Source: an uncultured delta proteobacterium (lineage in GTDB: Bacteria > Desulfobacterota > Desulfobacteria > Desulfobacterales > Desulfosalsimonadaceae). From it: 64,000 bases of DNA. The stretch covers positions 224,001 to 288,000 of the forward strand of contig CAWGYD010000003.1 of NCBI GenBank assembly GCA_963826785.1, read 5' to 3'. Every line of letters begins with the position of its first letter. Position 1 is the stretch's first letter. Below the pieces are notes generated by a model that did not search any database, was not told the DNA's origin, and worked only from the letters and a program-made list of their open reading frames with translations. The translations under genes and the position numbers were made by a program. Shown here piece after piece: positions 40,611-52,552 of this stretch.

Positions 40611-42430
40611 TTACAGTCCGCCGAATCCGTCGTCATCGATGTCGATGGCGGCGGAAGAACTTTTCTTGATGGCGTCCATCTTGCCGAAGGTGACCGGGAT
40701 CAGGGTTTCCATGAAGAAGCGGGCTGAACTGATCTGCCCCTTGTAGAAGCTTTCGTCCTTCTTTTTGGCGCCGTTGTTGAGCTGGGTGGCCGCCACCTGG
40801 GCCCGCCACAGCAGCATCCATCCCATGATCACATCCCCCATGGTTTCCAGGAAGGGAACCGAATGGGCAAAGGCGACCTTGAAATCGGGGGACATGGCCT
40901 TTTTCCCCATGTGCATGGCCACTTCCCCCAGGCGGTTGACCGCGGTTTCCAGGGTTTCGGCAATACTCTTGAGTTCATCGACTTCTTTTGCCCGGGCGAC
41001 GACCTTCTGGATTTCGGTCATGAAGGCCATGAACACCTGCCCTTTTTTCATCCCCAGTTTGCGGGCCAGCAGATCCATGGACTGGATGCCGCTGGTCCCT
41101 TCGAAAATGGAGGTGATCTTGCAGTCCCGGGCGTACTGCTCCACGGGGTAATCCTTGCAGTAGCCCGGCGCCGCCGTAGACCTGCATGGCCTGGATGCAG
41201 ACCTCATGGCCATGGACGGACAGGTAGTCCTTGATCAGGGGGGTCATCAACTCGAACATGTCGTCATATTTTTCCCGCTCTTCTTCGGTCGCGGCCAGCA
41301 GGGCCCGGGTCCGGCAGGACGCCATGTAATAGAAGAAGCTGCGCATGCCGTCTACGTAGGATTTCATCCACAGCAGGTTTCTGCGCACGTCCGGGTGCTT
41401 GATGATGGGGACGGACGGGGCCGCATGGTTGGCGAAATTTTCCAGATCCCGGCCCTGGAGCCGCTCACGGGCATACTTGACCGCCAGCATGTAGGCGGCG
41501 GACGCATAGGCCAGCCCCTGCAGTCCGGTGGCCATCCGGGCGCCGTTCATCATGTTGAACATGACCCGCATCCCCTTGCACTCCTCCCCCAGCAGGTACC
41601 CGATGCACTTGCCCTTGGATCCCTAAAGCCATCGAGCAGGTGGCGCTGGCATGAATGCCCATTTTTTCCTCGGTTCCGGTGCAGACGATGTCGTTTCGCT
41701 CGCCCAGGGAGCCGTCTGCATTGACCAGGTATTTGGGGACGATGAAGATGGAGATCCCCTTGGTCCCGGCGGGGTCCCCCTCGATGCGGGCCAGCACCGG
41801 GTGGATGATGTTGTCGCACAGGTCGTGCTCGCCGTTGGTGATGAAAATTTTGCCGCCGGAGAGGCAATAGGTGCCGTCTTCGTTTTTCACCGCGGTGGTG
41901 GTCAACGCCCCCACGTCGCTGCCGGCGTTGGCCTCGGTCAGCAGCATGGTGCCGCCCCATTCGCCGGATACCAGGCGGGGCACATACATCTTTTTCTGTT
42001 CTTCCGTGCCGTATTTTTCGATCATGTCGGCCGTGCCGTTGCCCATGGAGGCATAGCAGTAAAGCGCCCAGTTGGCCCCCATGAAATATTCCACGGCCGC
42101 GCTGGACACCAGCCCCGGTGCGCCCTGGCCGCCCATCTCGGTGGGCACCTGGAGGTTTCCCCATTCGCCTTCGAGAATCAGCTTGTGCACCTTGTGAAAA
42201 CTGTCCGGGACCTTCACCGACCCGTTTTCGAACCGGACCCCCTGCTCGTCGCTTTCCTGCAGGGTGGGCAGCATTTCATTGATGGCGATTTTTCGCGCCT
42301 CCGTGATGAGCATGTCGCAGGTTTTCCGGTTGAATTCCTTGTACTGGTCATACTGGATCAGTTCTTCGCCGTTCATCTGTTCCCAGATGACAAAATCGAT
42401 GTCCCGTCTGTCCGCAATCAGTTGTGCCAT
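40611..42430 (-). CDS. Acyl-CoA dehydrogenase (long, ~600 aa), two apparent extra-G frameshifts
   Basis: Motifs TMLLTE..AGSDVG, KIFIT, GTKGIS, EEKMGIH, QVYGG.GY and IFEGT. Frame changes at about 41623 and 41166, both in G runs. Confidence 0.88.
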
Positions 42431-42765
42431 GATCATTTCCTCCTGAGGTTCGATGTCAACGCCGTCCGTTTGTAAAAAAATCCATTGCCGGCGTTGGGTT
42501 GTTTGATTCGGGAAATTCAGCGCTTTACAAAGCATATAGTGAAATACATACTATACATGAACATCATTAATATTACTCTTGATCCCTGTCAATAACTTAT
42601 AGTACCCTGATGAAGTCGTATATTCCCAAACGACATCATGCCCGCGGAGGCGGGTAAACGTCTGTTGCCTGAATCCGCCCTTTGGCATTGTCGAAGCTAT
42701 CCCTGTTTACAAAATATGAAAAGCTCAATATAATTTTGTTTCTTCAACAAAAGGCAGGGGTTTTT

Positions 42766-43212
42766 ATGAAATTATATACAATCGGATATGAAGGGCTTAA
42801 TCAAAACGCTTTTTTATCCTGGCTGAAGCGATACGATATTGATATCGTTATTGATGTACGGCAGAGGCCACAGAGCAGGAAAAAAGGCTTTTCAAAAAAT
42901 GCGCTGCGTGAAAGCCTTGAAGAAAACGATATCAATATAAAGGGATATCCGTCACTTGGTGCATCCAAAGAACTGCGCGACAGTCTCTATTCATCGGGAG
43001 ATTATAAAAGTTTTTTCAAAAAATATCGAGAATCTATCCGTGGCAATGATGAACAGGTAAACGAATTGTATAGTTTTATAAAGTGCGGGAAGCGAATCGT
43101 TCTTCTGTGTTTCGAGCATGATCCGGATACTTGCCATCGATCGGTTTTAGCGGAGCAAATCAAAAGGCGGAGTGATAACGGTTTTAAAGTTAATCATATC
43201 GTACCGCTCTGA
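42766..43212 (+). CDS. DUF488 family protein
   Basis: Motifs YTIGY, DVR..P.SRK.GFSK and LLCFEHDPDTCHRS; low GC. Confidence 0.88.
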   Translation: MKLYTIGYEGLNQNAFLSWLKRYDIDIVIDVRQRPQSRKKGFSKNALRESLEENDINIKGYPSLGASKELRDSLYSSGDYKSFFKKYRESIRGNDEQVNELYSFIKCGKRIVLLCFEHDPDTCHRSVLAEQIKRRSDNGFKVNHIVPL

Positions 43213-44001
43213 TCAGAAAAGCCTCAATTGCCTTCTTCTGGGAGGATAAAAGAAGCCAAGAATACAAAAAATGTTCTGCCATCGCGCCATATTACCCAGA
43301 ATTAAATAACTCTCTCTTTCTTTTCCGCAAAGTGCCCAAATTTTTTCTTCTATCTTTTCCTTCCAATCTTCATTCTGTTTGACTTTTCTATATAATTGCC
43401 CGATCTCCCAGTCCAGAATTGACATTTTATGCTTATTGCAATCCGGATTGTCACATTTGAATTCAAGGCTAAAGCGGTAAGGAATAAACTCGAGATCCTT
43501 TGGTTCGTCAAACAACCACCCTTCACTGAGGATGCTTCTTTTTTTGGATTCAGCTTCCTGAATTTCCTGTGCAGTTTTGGGTTCGATCGAAAATTTTAAA
43601 ATGTCCTTCGGTTTTATTACTCCAAGGGATGTTTTGTGCATTTTTTGTGATTGATATAAATTCTCAACAGATGAAAAGCAGGTTTTTGAGTTGATCACCC
43701 ATTTTGCCCTTTCATGCCATTCATCTTCCGTCCCGATTACCTCTCCGAGTTCAATGGTACTTTCAGTGGGATTGAAACTTTCGGGTCTGGGATCCTGATT
43801 GGCTTTTGTTATTTCAGCCCTAATCCACTGAAATTTTTTAAATCGAAGATCTCCGCCCAAATATCTGTACCGCAAGGGATAAATCCTGATCATTTCCCCG
43901 GTATCGGCCCTGATTCCGGCAGTGCATACAGTTTCCGTATATCTCTTACTGTACTCCGGATAGGTCTTTACCAGGATCAAGATGTCGACTTTCTGATTCA
44001 T
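43213..44001 (-). CDS. Uncharacterised protein (possible dual-OB-fold, DUF488-associated type)
   Basis: Intact 262-aa low-GC ORF: VKTYP..S.RY.ETVCTAG..RIYPL..DPRPES..SLGVIKP..C...C..H..LDWE..LGN. The family assignment is from recall. Confidence 0.7.
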   Translation of the reverse strand: MNQKVDILILVKTYPEYSKRYTETVCTAGIRADTGEMIRIYPLRYRYLGGDLRFKKFQWIRAEITKANQDPRPESFNPTESTIELGEVIGTEDEWHERAKWVINSKTCFSSVENLYQSQKMHKTSLGVIKPKDILKFSIEPKTAQEIQEAESKKRSILSEGWLFDEPKDLEFIPYRFSLEFKCDNPDCNKHKMSILDWEIGQLYRKVKQNEDWKEKIEEKIWALCGKERESYLILGNMARWQNIFCILGFFYPPRRRQLRLF

Positions 44002-44049
44002 GCGGCAGCTCCGGTTGCGGGTTGTAAGATCTGCTACTAACAAATATCT

Positions 44050-46860
44050 TCAATCACTCACCCCGTGCATCCCAACCAAATCCCGGATCTTCGCCGGGTC
44101 GAACACCACGTCAAAGGCCCAGTGCCCGAATCCGCCCGCTTCGTTTACCGCCGCAACCCAGGTGCGCATGGCCGCGCGTTTGGCGCGGTTCTGTTCGCTG
44201 TCCTGCCCCTTTATTTCCAGGATCAGGTGTTTGCCGTTGGTGTACCGGATCAGGTAATCGGGGACAAAATTGCGCGATGAGCCCCGGTAGAGGTAGCGGA
44301 CCACAAACCCCAGGTGGTCGTTTTTGGCCCAGGCGGCGACATTGGGATCTTTTTCCAGCAAGTCGGCGGCCATCTTCTCCCAGGCGCCGTCATAAACCAC
44401 GTGGCTGATCTGGGATTTTTCGGTGGGGCCGCAGTGCCGGGTGGTATACCAGGTGTTCATATAAGCGGTCGATCGTTTCGGCTGCTCCTGGTCAAAGCAC
44501 AGGGCCAGCTTTTCCATGTTCTGCAACTGGACGAACCGGTTGACATGCCCGACCACCACGTCCATGTTCATGGCCACCAGGATTCGCCGGCGCAGCGGGT
44601 CGTTGTGCCACAGGCTGGCAATGTGAAGCTTGTCGCCGGCCAGGAACTGTTCCACCAGCCGGATCAGCTGCACGGCCAGGTATTGCTTGTCCCCGGAAAA
44701 CGATGAGGCGTTTTGCAGGAACAGCTTCCGGGCCGCCCGGAAAATCAGCTGCTGCAGCCGGAATTCGCTAGACTGCCTTTTCCAGATCTATATCGGCCAC
44801 CTTGGAAAGATCGGCATAACCGGCCAGGGCCGGCGCGATCTCCACGTGGATCGGGGTCTGCTCCGGATCCAGCGTCAACGGTTTGACCGCGTCCCAGTGC
44901 ATCACCAGGGTGGGTTTGAGCACCTTTTCCACCCGCAGCGACGTTCGGCCACTTGATCTCGTACCGGTTCCGGCCCGGGACTACCTCCACCTGGATGCTA
45001 TTCCCGGGTGATGCGTCCCCCGCTGTCGCCTTCACCCACGTCCTGGAAAATGGAGAGCGGCACGCCGAATACATTGACAAATTCCGGATAGAACAGCCCG
45101 TTTTCGTCGCGCTCGAAGGTGACCCGCCGCAGGCCGCGGCCGATCACCTGCTCGCACAGCAGCTGGCTGGTGAACGCCCGCAGGCCCATGATGTGGGTCA
45201 CATTTGCCGCGTCCCACCCCTCGGAGAGCATGGCCACGGAAATCACGTTCTGCAGCCGCTGCCCCGGCTGCCCCCGCTTGCCCACCGTATCGACCAGGGC
45301 GCGCAGCTGGACCTCCTGTTTTTCATTGAAGCAGGTCATCCCGCCTGTCCGTGGGCATCCCCGAAGCATGGATGATCTGTTCCAGCCGTGCCGCGTAATC
45401 CTTGTCTTTGGTGATCGATTCCCCCGCTCGGCCTTTTCCAATACCTTGGAATCGACCCGGAGCGTTCTTTCCGGTACCTGGGTTCCGGAAATGGGCAATC
45501 CCCGCTGTTGAAATAGTGCTCGATGCGGGCGGCGGTCTCGATGCGGTTGCAGACGGTGAGCATGACCGGCGGCACGTCATTTCCGTTCTGCGCCCATTCT
45601 TCCGCGTGTTTCCGCCAGTCATAGGCCAGCAGGGCATAAGCTTTCTGGACCAGGTCCGGAAGCGACTCATGCGGCTCCGCTTTGGACCGGCCCAAATCCT
45701 CCCGGACCTCCGCTTCGTTGTAGAGGTGATAGAGCTTCGGCTTGAACGTCTTGGCATTGGCCAGGGCATCGTCTCGCACCACGATCCGCGGGGTTTTGAC
45801 CAGCCCGGCCTCGATGGCGTCGTTCAAGCCGAAATCGGAAATGATCCATTCGAACAGCCCTTTTTCCGTCGATTTCTTTCCGGTCGGTGCAAAAGGGGTG
45901 GCGGTCAGGTCGAAGCAGCGGCGGATGCGCCGGGTCTTGTGGATGCGGTCGAGCCCCTCGATCCAGCGGGTGGCCTGGTCCAGGTCGATTCCCAGTTCAA
46001 GAGGCTTCCTTTTTGCTGATCTTGGCCTCGGCCCGCTGCCGGTAGGCGTGATGGGCCTCGTCATTGATGACAAGGATATCCTTGTGCGCCGCAAGCGGCC
46101 CGAGCACCCGGCGGGTAAACGCTTCGTCGCTTTCCGCCCCTTTCTTTACCACCGAACGTTCGGTTTCCTTGAGCGGCATCAGGTTGTGCCAGTTTTCCAC
46201 CAAGCAGCGCCGCCTGGTTGATCTTCTGCCGCATTGATTCGATTGGGGCAGATCCGGAACGCATCATAGACGTTCTTATCGCTTCCCGGATAAAGCACTT
46301 CCAGCCGCTCCTTGACGGTCAGCCCGGGCGCCACCACGAACACGGCCCGGGAAAACGACTTGTGCTTCGGATAAGTGACGGCATTTAACACCTGCCAGGT
46401 GATGATCAACCCCATCACCACGGTTTTGCCGGTGCCGGTGGCCATCTTGCTGCAGATCCGTTCGATGGGGCCGCTGTCGCCGGGAAGGAAGATCCCCTGT
46501 TTGAATTGGGCGGTCCCTTCCACCCACCAGATCAGGGTTTCAATCGCTTCCAGCTGGCAGTAGTAAAACGGCTTTTCGCGGGCATCCGGGTCTTTCCAGT
46601 GTTCCAGCAGACGCCGGGTGACGCTGGTAATTCCGGGATATCCGGCTTCACGCCACTCGTCCACCCGGAGTCGGATGTTGTTGACGATATCAGAGTTCCA
46701 CGACCCGGCGGGTATTGTGCCGGGTATCGAAAATCTCATATCCGGCCGGCCGCCGGCCTTCGGCGATTTCAAATACCCGGCCGTACCGGTCCTGTTTCCA
46801 GTATTTGCCCGGCATCTCATACGGGGAATTGATGATCAGGGATGTAATGGCGCCGCTCAT
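44050..46860 (-). pseudogene. res: Type III restriction helicase/nuclease (Res), many frameshifts
   Basis: Fragments INSPY, YYCQLEAIE, KMATGTGKT, INDEAHH, TATPF, MLSEGWD, EQVIGRGLRR and PDY..LEIKG are spread over different frames. Confidence 0.85.
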
Positions 46861-46871
46861 GGTTTCCCCTT

Positions 46872-49800
46872 TTAATCCAGGTCGATGATCTTGAGCGATT
46901 CAATGCCCCGGTCGTCGATGATCTTGACGGCAATCCGCCGGTTGTCACCAGCTTCAAACGGCAGCGACCGGGTCCCGTGGAACCGGTCGAGCAGGTCCGC
47001 GTTCAGTTCCGCCTTGATATCCTTTTTCAGCCGGTTCCAGCCGTCCCTGGCGCCGGCGATCGGGAAAAAGACCTGCCGGGGAAAAAGGGACCGGTCATCA
47101 TAATCCGTATCGAGCGCCCACATGGCGATCCTGCTTTTGCCGCCGGACCGGAGCTCCCCGGTTTTGGTGTCGAAGTAGTCGAACCCGTGAACCTCCACCT
47201 GGTACTGGTCACCCCCATTTTTGAGGACCTCCACGTCCGGCTGCCCCATGAGCCAGAACGATTCGTTATTGGCCCGTCCTTTTTTCAGGTCCTCGGTGAG
47301 CAGGTCCGTGTTCATCTGGACTTTCAGGGCCGTGATCCCCTTGATGTTGTCGATGTCCTTGGCCGCTTCCGGATCAAAGGTAAAAGCGCAGAAGACCAGC
47401 ATCTTCGGCGTGGGAAAAGGTCCCCGGCCTCGTTTTTGGCGATCTCCACCTGGCGCTGCTCCAGGGCCGCATGCTCCGGACCGAAGCTGACCGCCACCCG
47501 CTCGCCGGTATCGGCCACCGTCCCCACCGCATGGATGTACCGGCAGTCCGGCAGCGGCTCCAGATCCATCAATTTGATCTTCTGGCCGTTCTTGCCGCGG
47601 ATTCCGGTTTTGAGCAGCTCGTCGCGCCACTGGGCCTGGCGGGACGTTTCGCCGGAGCGGGCCACGGCCACATCCGCGTCTGCCGGCGATTCAGCCTCAT
47701 CCAGGGCCAGCACGGTGGGGAATGGGACCGCCTCCACGGTAAACGGGCCGGTGATGCGCAGCTTGGTTTTCGACACCTGGGGCTGATCATAGAGGATTTC
47801 CGGTTCGCATGGGCGGAAATGGAATCATCCATCTTTTTCTGCAGGGCCTGCCGGGCTGCATGAAAGTCATCAAACGGCTTTTTGGCAGACTTCCGGCCAC
47901 ACTGAAGGAAAATCGAACGGGACCTCCCATTCGAGCAGGGCGTTTGCCGGGACTTCTCACCCGAAGCGAGCGTATCGCGACTGAAATCCGGGGCGGCAAA
48001 ATCGATTTTCTTTCCTTTGCGTCCGCCTTCGGTAACTTTGAACGGTTCGCCGTGCATGGCCAAAGCCGCGTTCAGTTCGGCGAGATGCCGTTCGATCGCC
48101 GGATGCATGCGATTGTAGATCTCATCGATCTCCGGGTTATTGGCGATGGATTTGAGGGTGATGTGGGGGACGGTCTTGTAGATGAATCCGCCTTTCAACC
48201 CCTCGTGCGGATATTTCAGGTCGTAATAATCATAGCTGGCGGTCATCAGCCGCTGCTTGGCCAGAGTTGTGGCCACCCGGGATGTGTCGCAGGTGATCCA
48301 GCGCCGTCCCCATTTTTCGGCGACATAGGCGGTGGTGCCGGACCCGCAGGTGGGATCGAGGACCAGGTCACCGGAATCGGTGGTCATGAGGATGCAACGT
48401 TCAATAACTTGGTCAAGCAGTTTGCACAACATAGATGTTCGCATCAGTTCCGGATTGTGTGCTTTCCCGTATCTATCTCATTAATTGGTGGAATAACTGG
48501 AAAATCCTCGCAGAATCTCCTGTACCTGAGGACATTTCCCATATTTCAATTCGACCATTCTTTTTCAGCCTTTCAAATTCCTTGTAAGGTAGTTTTCCAA
48601 TGAGTTCACCTCTCGGCTGATAAAGTTGTTTCCCATAAAAACTTGAGATTTGTTATCGAGTCTTGCTGGCACCGTCAGACAACTGTCTGTTGATATCTTT
48701 TTACTTCTTTAAGAGATGGTTTGGATTTTCAAATTCACTTACTGGTATGCTTCTGCAAAAGCTATTTTCGAACATCGACAAAATCATATCTATTAAGAGC
48801 ATGTATCACCAGAATTTCTATATGAGATATAAGCTGTTTGTATTTGACTTTTTCTTGGATATGTTGCATACCAAATGAGTAATCAACTGTATGACCCCAG
48901 GTGAATCTTGATAGAAAACTGCAGTTTTTTTGAGAAACGATGATGTTTAAAAAGTTTTATTGCCCAAAAATTTCATCCATGATTTCCCGCACATGATGCA
49001 GATTCTCATCCGAAATCTGAACAAACACACTCCCGGTCTCACTCAGCAAATCTTTTGCCAGCAGCAGCCGGTCCCTCAGATAAGTCAGATATGAATGGAT
49101 CCCAGCTCCCAGGTATCCCGAAACGCCTTGATCATTTCCGGTTCCTGGGTGAGATCCTCGTCCTTGCGGTCTTTCACATCGCGCTTGTTGACAAACGGCT
49201 GGAAGTTGGAGCCGTACTTGATCCCGTAAGGCGGGTCGATGTAGATCATCTGCACCTGGCCGGCCATGTTTTCCTTCTGGAGCAGCGAATTCATGACCAG
49301 CAGGGAGTCGCCGGCAACCAGCCGGTTGGCCCAGTCCCGGTCGTGCTTGTAAAAATCGATTGCATCGCGCAGCGGCAGGTTTTCAAACGGGGCGGAAAAC
49401 AGTTCGGTCTAGAATCTGCGGCGCCTGGCGCTTGCTCCTGCCCACTTTCATCGCGCTTCTGCACGGCCGAAAGAATGGTGGCCGGATCGATCCGCTCATG
49501 CACATGAAGCGACACCAGGTCAACCTCGAAACCGATCCGCTCGGCCTTGCCGGTCCAGTTCAAATACGGCGCCTGCATCCGTTTGAGCTGCTCCAGGGCT
49601 TCCCGCATGACCGATTCGTCTTTGGAGGCCAGGGCGTCATCGATCAGCACTTCAACCGAAGACCGGCCGACATCGAATCTCAGGACCGGATCGATATGCG
49701 GATCATACCCCCACGCGGTCCTTGTCTCCACGCCATCACTTACCGTATTCACCATCCCGACATGGGGGTTGTTCTTCCGCTTGTCGCTGTACCGGTAGCT

Positions 49801-50190
49801 GATGATCTGATGGTTTTCGCCTTTAGGCGAACGGGATGCGGAAACCGATTTCCGGGATACCCTGGCGGCTTTGGAGCTGAGGCTTCCTCTACCTGAAGGA
49901 TCAACTTTTTTTCCGCAGATTCCGCAGATGCCTCAACTGCAGGCTGTTTCACTCCGTTTCCATCCGATGCCGGCACCGCTCGTTTAATCGAACCTCCCGC
50001 CCCCCTCCGGTGATGATCTCCCCCCGGGCAACCAGATCGTCCCGGACCGCCGGTAATCCTCCTCAGTAAACGAAAAATCAGCCTCATCCGACAGCAGCTT
50101 CATCATCTTCTCATTTCCGATGCCATCGCCGCCGGAACAAGCCGAAAAACAATCTCCCGTAGGACATCATCCGAAAAACCCATCGATCAT
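46872..50190 (-). pseudogene. mod: Type III modification methylase (Mod), many frameshifts, AT-rich TRD
   Basis: [30 protein letters not shown] and IAVKIIDDRGIE. The N-terminal extension contains 'GIGN...GRGGS'. The start coordinate is approximate. Confidence 0.82.
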
Positions 50191-50786
50191 TTCCCCCTGG
50201 CTGGTTGTAAAACAATACGAATACACTCTGGAATTGATTGATCTGCCGGATTATAGCAGATGTTAGAAAAATTGCCAGCAATTGGAACCGCAGGAATTTG
50301 ATCTGTTAGTAATGAGGCTGCTTCCTGGGAAAAATTGAAAGATTGAACATCTATGAATTTGTCTTACTGCCCAAAGGTTTGGTCTTCGGCAGAAACGCAC
50401 CCAAGATAGCCGCCTGTAATAATGATGTAGTTATGGGAATGAACCCAAAATTTAAGATAAAGGAAAACTTGCCAAGCACGATTTTATCCTGTAAATAATC
50501 ATATTTAGATTCACCATACCGGTTTTATGGAATAAAGAAAAAATCTGATGACCAATTTGAGTGATATGAAGATCTTTCGTGCATTGGTGATATGCAGAAA
50601 ACTGCATAATCACTTTATTTTAAGCGCTTGCCAGCCAGATGGCAAAGAGAGATGAGGATATAGAGCGCTGTAAACAAGGTGAACTGTATAAGGGCGCAAT
50701 GAAGAAAAGGGAGGGAGAATACATCAAAAGACGTGTAAAAATCATTATGGCATCAGAACCGAATACGGCATTTTCCGGAGGCTGTC

Positions 50787-51215
50787 ATGATAAATGAAGA
50801 TATTCGCTGGATACAGCGCTACACGCATTTTGTTCAGGCGGCCGGGCAGTTGAAGAATGCGGTGGAGCTGGCCGGACAACGCGACCTCACCGAGCTTGAG
50901 GAACAAGGGATGATTCAGGCCTTTGAATACACGCACGAGCTGGCCTGGAATACCCTTAAAGATTTTCTTGAGCACCGGCAGGGGCTGCCCAACTTGTATG
51001 GTTCAAAAGACAGCACCCGCGAGGCGTTCAAAAGAGGTCTCATCGAAAATGGCGAGGTGTGGATGGACATGATCAAAAGCAGAAATCTCAGCTCTCATAC
51101 GTATAATAGGGAGATCGCCCGGAATATCGTCAAGGCTGTCCTGTGGGAGTATTACCCTGAATTCGAAAAACTAATCGATCACTTGAAGCCCCTTGCGACT
51201 CAGGCGGAGCCATGA
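50787..51215 (+). CDS. HEPN toxin-like protein (HI0074 family)
   Basis: GMIQAFEYTHELAW and Rx4H motif RNLSSH. Confidence 0.9.
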   Translation: MINEDIRWIQRYTHFVQAAGQLKNAVELAGQRDLTELEEQGMIQAFEYTHELAWNTLKDFLEHRQGLPNLYGSKDSTREAFKRGLIENGEVWMDMIKSRNLSSHTYNREIARNIVKAVLWEYYPEFEKLIDHLKPLATQAEP

Positions 51216-51562
51216 AGTTTGGCTTGAAGGAAAGCATTATACAACAGATTCATTCCGTTCTTGCCCGCTACCCCCAGGTGGGAAAAGCGGTTTTGTACGG
51301 TTCGCGTGCAAAGGGGAATTTCCGGAACGGCTCCGACATCGACCTGACGCTCCACGGCGGAGAGGATCTGACGCTGAAGGTCCTTTACCGCATCATGGAT
51401 GAAATCGACGATCTCCTCCTGCCTTACACGTTTGACTTGTCCATTTTCGGCCATATCAGCGATCCGGATGTCATCGACCATATTCAGCGCGTGGGCGTCA
51501 CATTTTACGAATCGAGGGAGGATGTATTTCTAACATCCGGACAATGCGATGAAAATAAGTGA
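51212..51562 (+). CDS. Minimal nucleotidyltransferase (HI0073 family)
   Basis: YGSRAKG..GSDIDL and LPYTFDL; ATGA overlap with HEPN. Confidence 0.9.
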   Translation: MKFGLKESIIQQIHSVLARYPQVGKAVLYGSRAKGNFRNGSDIDLTLHGGEDLTLKVLYRIMDEIDDLLLPYTFDLSIFGHISDPDVIDHIQRVGVTFYESREDVFLTSGQCDENK

Positions 51563-52262
51563 ACTGACGCGGCGCACCGGCGTCTCCAAGGAGACCATCC
51601 ATTACTACATCCGGGAAGGGGTACTCAAAAAACCCCGCAAGACCGGCAAAAACACCGCCGACTACGATGACAGTTTCGTCGACCAGATCCGGACCATCAA
51701 GGCCCTGCGGGAAAATTATTTCCTTCCCATTCCGGTCATCAAAAAACTCATCAAAAAGCACCAGAAGCGGTCCCGGACCGAACAATCTTCCTTTCAGTTT
51801 TTAAGCGAATACTTCCGGCCGCTGGACCAGCTGTTTTTCAGCGAGGTGACCGGAAAGGCGGCCTTCCTGAAGGCCACGGGCATGTCCGAACCGTGGTTTG
51901 ACAAGATGCGGCAGTGGGGCGTGATCACTTCCGAACAGCGCGACGGGGAGGATTTTTTTTCCCAGGAGAACGTGATCATCGGAAAGCTGCTGGTGGATAT
52001 GGACAGCATCGGCATCGGCCCCCGGGCCGGGTTCGACCCCGAGGAACTCAAGCATTTCACCGACCTGTTCCGAAAGATGGTGGCCAATAACCTGGAGCAG
52101 TCCATCAAGGTGGGATGGGACAAGATGTCTCCTGACGAACTGCGCCGGAAGGGCAGCCAGTCCACCGAGGTGATGAGCCTCTTTTTTTACCACATGTACC
52201 GAAAGCTGGTGAAAGAGGAATACAAGCGTTACCTGAACCAGCAGGAAAATGAACCGGGTTGA
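51549..52262 (+). CDS. MerR-family transcriptional regulator
   Basis: MKISEL..TGVSKETIHYYIREG HTH. Confidence 0.9.
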   Translation: MKISELTRRTGVSKETIHYYIREGVLKKPRKTGKNTADYDDSFVDQIRTIKALRENYFLPIPVIKKLIKKHQKRSRTEQSSFQFLSEYFRPLDQLFFSEVTGKAAFLKATGMSEPWFDKMRQWGVITSEQRDGEDFFSQENVIIGKLLVDMDSIGIGPRAGFDPEELKHFTDLFRKMVANNLEQSIKVGWDKMSPDELRRKGSQSTEVMSLFFYHMYRKLVKEEYKRYLNQQENEPG

Positions 52263-52335
52263 TATGCCCGCCGGCCAAAAGGGATTGGACAAACCGGACC
52301 CGCCCCGTTATTTTTTTGATTATCTGAATTAATTG

Positions 52336-52552
52336 GATGAAATCGTAAAAAGCATTGTACCCCGCCGGCGCCGCTGGGTGTTTTTGCAGTCAGGAACCTT
52401 TAGACATGGTAACGGCCGTCGCCGGCACACCCCCCTTCGCCCCCCTCAAGGGGGGATTAGGCCTCGAAATTACGACCAAATTCTCCCCTCGGGGGGATTG
52501 GGCCTTGAAATTACGGTCAGATTCCCCCCTCGAGGGGGGTCAGGGGGGTGTT
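52336..52552 (+). repeat. Dispersed palindromic element, copy B (internal ~40-bp unit duplicated)
   Basis: Same leader and ends as copy A; the unit GGGGGGATTRGGCCTYGAAATTACG occurs twice. Confidence 0.85.

Noticed and set aside
52420..52552. CRISPR array in the C6/G6 palindromic repeats
   Set aside because: There are only 3-4 degenerate units with near-duplicated 'spacers', the copies are dispersed, and no cas genes are present.
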